From an uncultured Microthrixaceae bacterium (GTDB lineage Bacteria > Actinomycetota > Acidimicrobiia > Acidimicrobiales > DATDAH01): 64,000 bases of DNA. Under the pieces are notes generated by a model, which saw only the letters and a program-made list of their open reading frames with translations, made no database searches and had not been told where the DNA came from. Both the position numbers and the translations under genes were made by a program. Where the stretch lies: positions 1,283,878 through 1,347,877 of the forward strand of contig CAWGLV010000001.1 of the NCBI GenBank assembly GCA_963823495.1, written 5' to 3'. Below are positions 62,667 through 64,000 of the stretch, piece after piece. Numbering within the stretch: the first letter of the stretch is position 1; each line of letters opens with the position of its first letter.

Positions 62667-63601
62667 GCGTCGACGTAGGCCCGGCGGGCGTGGGCCACCG
62701 TGTGGTTCGAGCACAGCTGGATGTCGCCGGGGCCCAGCACCATGTCGAGGTGGAGGGTGGGGTCGGCGGCGATGGCCGACCACTCGTCGAGCGCGGCCAC
62801 CAGGTCGTCGTCCAGCTCGACGTCGTCGTGGCGGGCCGCGGTGCGGAAGTAGCCGAGGTGCATGAAGGTCCGCAGGCGCTCGCCGTCGAAGCAGACGGGC
62901 TGGACGGGCACGTGCTCGAAGCCGGCTCCGTCGCTGCGCGTGTCGAGCTCGACGGTCCGGCACAGGCGCTCGGCCAGGTCGGGCCGACGGGCCAGCAGCT
63001 CGTTGAACACCGTGACCGAGGACACGAGGCGGGACTCGCCTCCCGAGGCGGCCTCGGCCAGGCACATCAGTCCCACCGCATCGGCCGCGTCGCAGTGGAA
63101 GTCGATGTCGACCGTCGTCCGGTACTCACGGCGCAGCAGGGCGTCGGGGCCCTCCCGGTAGTCGGTCACGTGACCGAGGAGGTCCCCCTCGCCGTTCTGG
63201 GCCCCCGGCCGGCCCAGCAGGAGGCCGAGGGCCCAGAAGGCGGCTTCGACCTGGGGACCGGACATGATGTCGACCGGCACGCCGCGGGCCACCACGAAGC
63301 CCCGACCCCGGTCCAGGTCGGCCCGGCACCGCGCCACGAGCCCCTCGACGGGTTCGGCCTGGACGCGGTCGGCGGTGAGCTCGCCGAGCGGTCGTCCCGT
63401 GGCGACGACCGCATCGCCGGTCTCGACGAACCACGCCCGCTGGCGGTCGTCGAGGTCCACCGACCAGACGGCGGGGTCCAGCTCGCTCGACCGCCACGCC
63501 GCGGCGTCGGTCACCGCCGCGTCGGGCACGCCCCGGTGCGGGCGCTCGAAGTAGCCCAGCGTCTGGTCCATGTAGGACCGGTAGGGCGAGGCCGGGCTCA
63601 T
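62621..63601 (-). CDS. TauD/TfdA-family Fe(II)/2-oxoglutarate dioxygenase
   Basis: ORF 62621..63628, start taken at MSPASPYRS. FHCDAADAVGLMCL (HxD), SNHTVAHAR. Confidence 0.78.
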   Translation of the reverse strand: MSPASPYRSYMDQTLGYFERPHRGVPDAAVTDAAAWRSSELDPAVWSVDLDDRQRAWFVETGDAVVATGRPLGELTADRVQAEPVEGLVARCRADLDRGRGFVVARGVPVDIMSGPQVEAAFWALGLLLGRPGAQNGEGDLLGHVTDYREGPDALLRREYRTTVDIDFHCDAADAVGLMCLAEAASGGESRLVSSVTVFNELLARRPDLAERLCRTVELDTRSDGAGFEHVPVQPVCFDGERLRTFMHLGYFRTAARHDDVELDDDLVAALDEWSAIAADPTLHLDMVLGPGDIQLCSNHTVAHARRAYVDAPDHRRHLLRLWLTL

Positions 63602-63693
63602 CGTCCCGACCCTACGGCCACGGGCCATCGGTTGACGGGGGCCCCGGCGCTACCTGGCCGACCTGGCCGGGCAAGCCGACGCGCTCCCTGGAG

Positions 63694-63951
63694 GTGTCAG
63701 TGGCCGACAAGCTCCAGAACGCCGAGACCACCCTCGCCGACCGGGGCCGCATCGGGGTCGCCCTCGGGCAGGACTTCAACGAGAAGCGCCCGGATTCGCG
63801 GCACCGCAGCAGCCCGACCGCGGCCCGAAGCCGCCCTGGGCTGCGTTGGGTCTCGGCGCCGGGTCGGGACGGGGACCCGCGGTGGCGTTCACGGACCGGG
63901 ACCTTGGTCTCTGGTGGACGGGCGGGCACCGCTGAAGGCTGGGTTCCATGA
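63694..63951 (+). CDS. doubtful ORF
   Basis: Only the first ~35 codons (ADKLQNAETTLADRGRIGVALGQDFNEKRP) show coding-like third-position GC. The remainder is Arg/Ser/Pro-rich. May be a fragment or frameshifted. Confidence 0.2.
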   Translation: MSVADKLQNAETTLADRGRIGVALGQDFNEKRPDSRHRSSPTAARSRPGLRWVSAPGRDGDPRWRSRTGTLVSGGRAGTAEGWVP

Positions 63952-64000
63952 CTCGGGGTCTGACGGGGGGCGTGGTGGCGGGCCGTTGTCTGGTGCGGGG

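Overview
Very GC-rich DNA (about 70% by eye, not computed), densely coding on both strands, and actinobacterial in style: GTG/TTG starts, 4-nt start/stop overlaps, and long antisense shadow ORFs. I found no rRNA, tRNA, CRISPR array, transposase or integrase. There are three notable blocks. (1) 1-19.3 kb is a self-contained lipid/polyketide cluster. It holds an MMPL transporter (cut by the window edge), a cNMP-binding protein, a CrtI-like flavoprotein and an acyl-CoA dehydrogenase. These sit beside a ~2,760-aa KS-AT-KS-ACPx3-KR-DH megasynthase, a eukaryote-type single-chain acyl-CoA carboxylase (~1,860 aa) and an Sfp-type PPTase. The synthase reading frame is broken by a 1-nt deletion inside a nucleotide-identical triple ACP repeat. 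All three carrier domains carry Thr where the phosphopantetheinyl Ser is expected. (2) 20.9-32.5 kb is a form-I (AYRCSFR) Mo-Cu CO-dehydrogenase locus, coxMSLG, followed by five translationally coupled small single-pass membrane proteins. It converges on an accessory operon: XdhC-TRASH, MocA, XdhC, orf87, CoxD, CoxE and two coupled unknown ORFs. (3) 37.5-43.8 kb is an envelope-lipid block with an in-frame MFS-Lnt fusion, an ABC-2 exporter, PlsY and DegV. The rest is redox and hydrolase genes (PhyH, PPOX x2, AKR, nitroreductase, FMN reductase, P450, GH15, SDR, TauD, NuoF-like). It also includes a secreted beta-helix protein, an SLH-bearing polytopic membrane protein and a putative nucleotidyltransferase TA-like pair. 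At least three genes show apparent frameshifts. From sequence alone I cannot tell whether these are assembly errors or real gene decay. All functional calls come from motif recognition in the translations; no database search was run.
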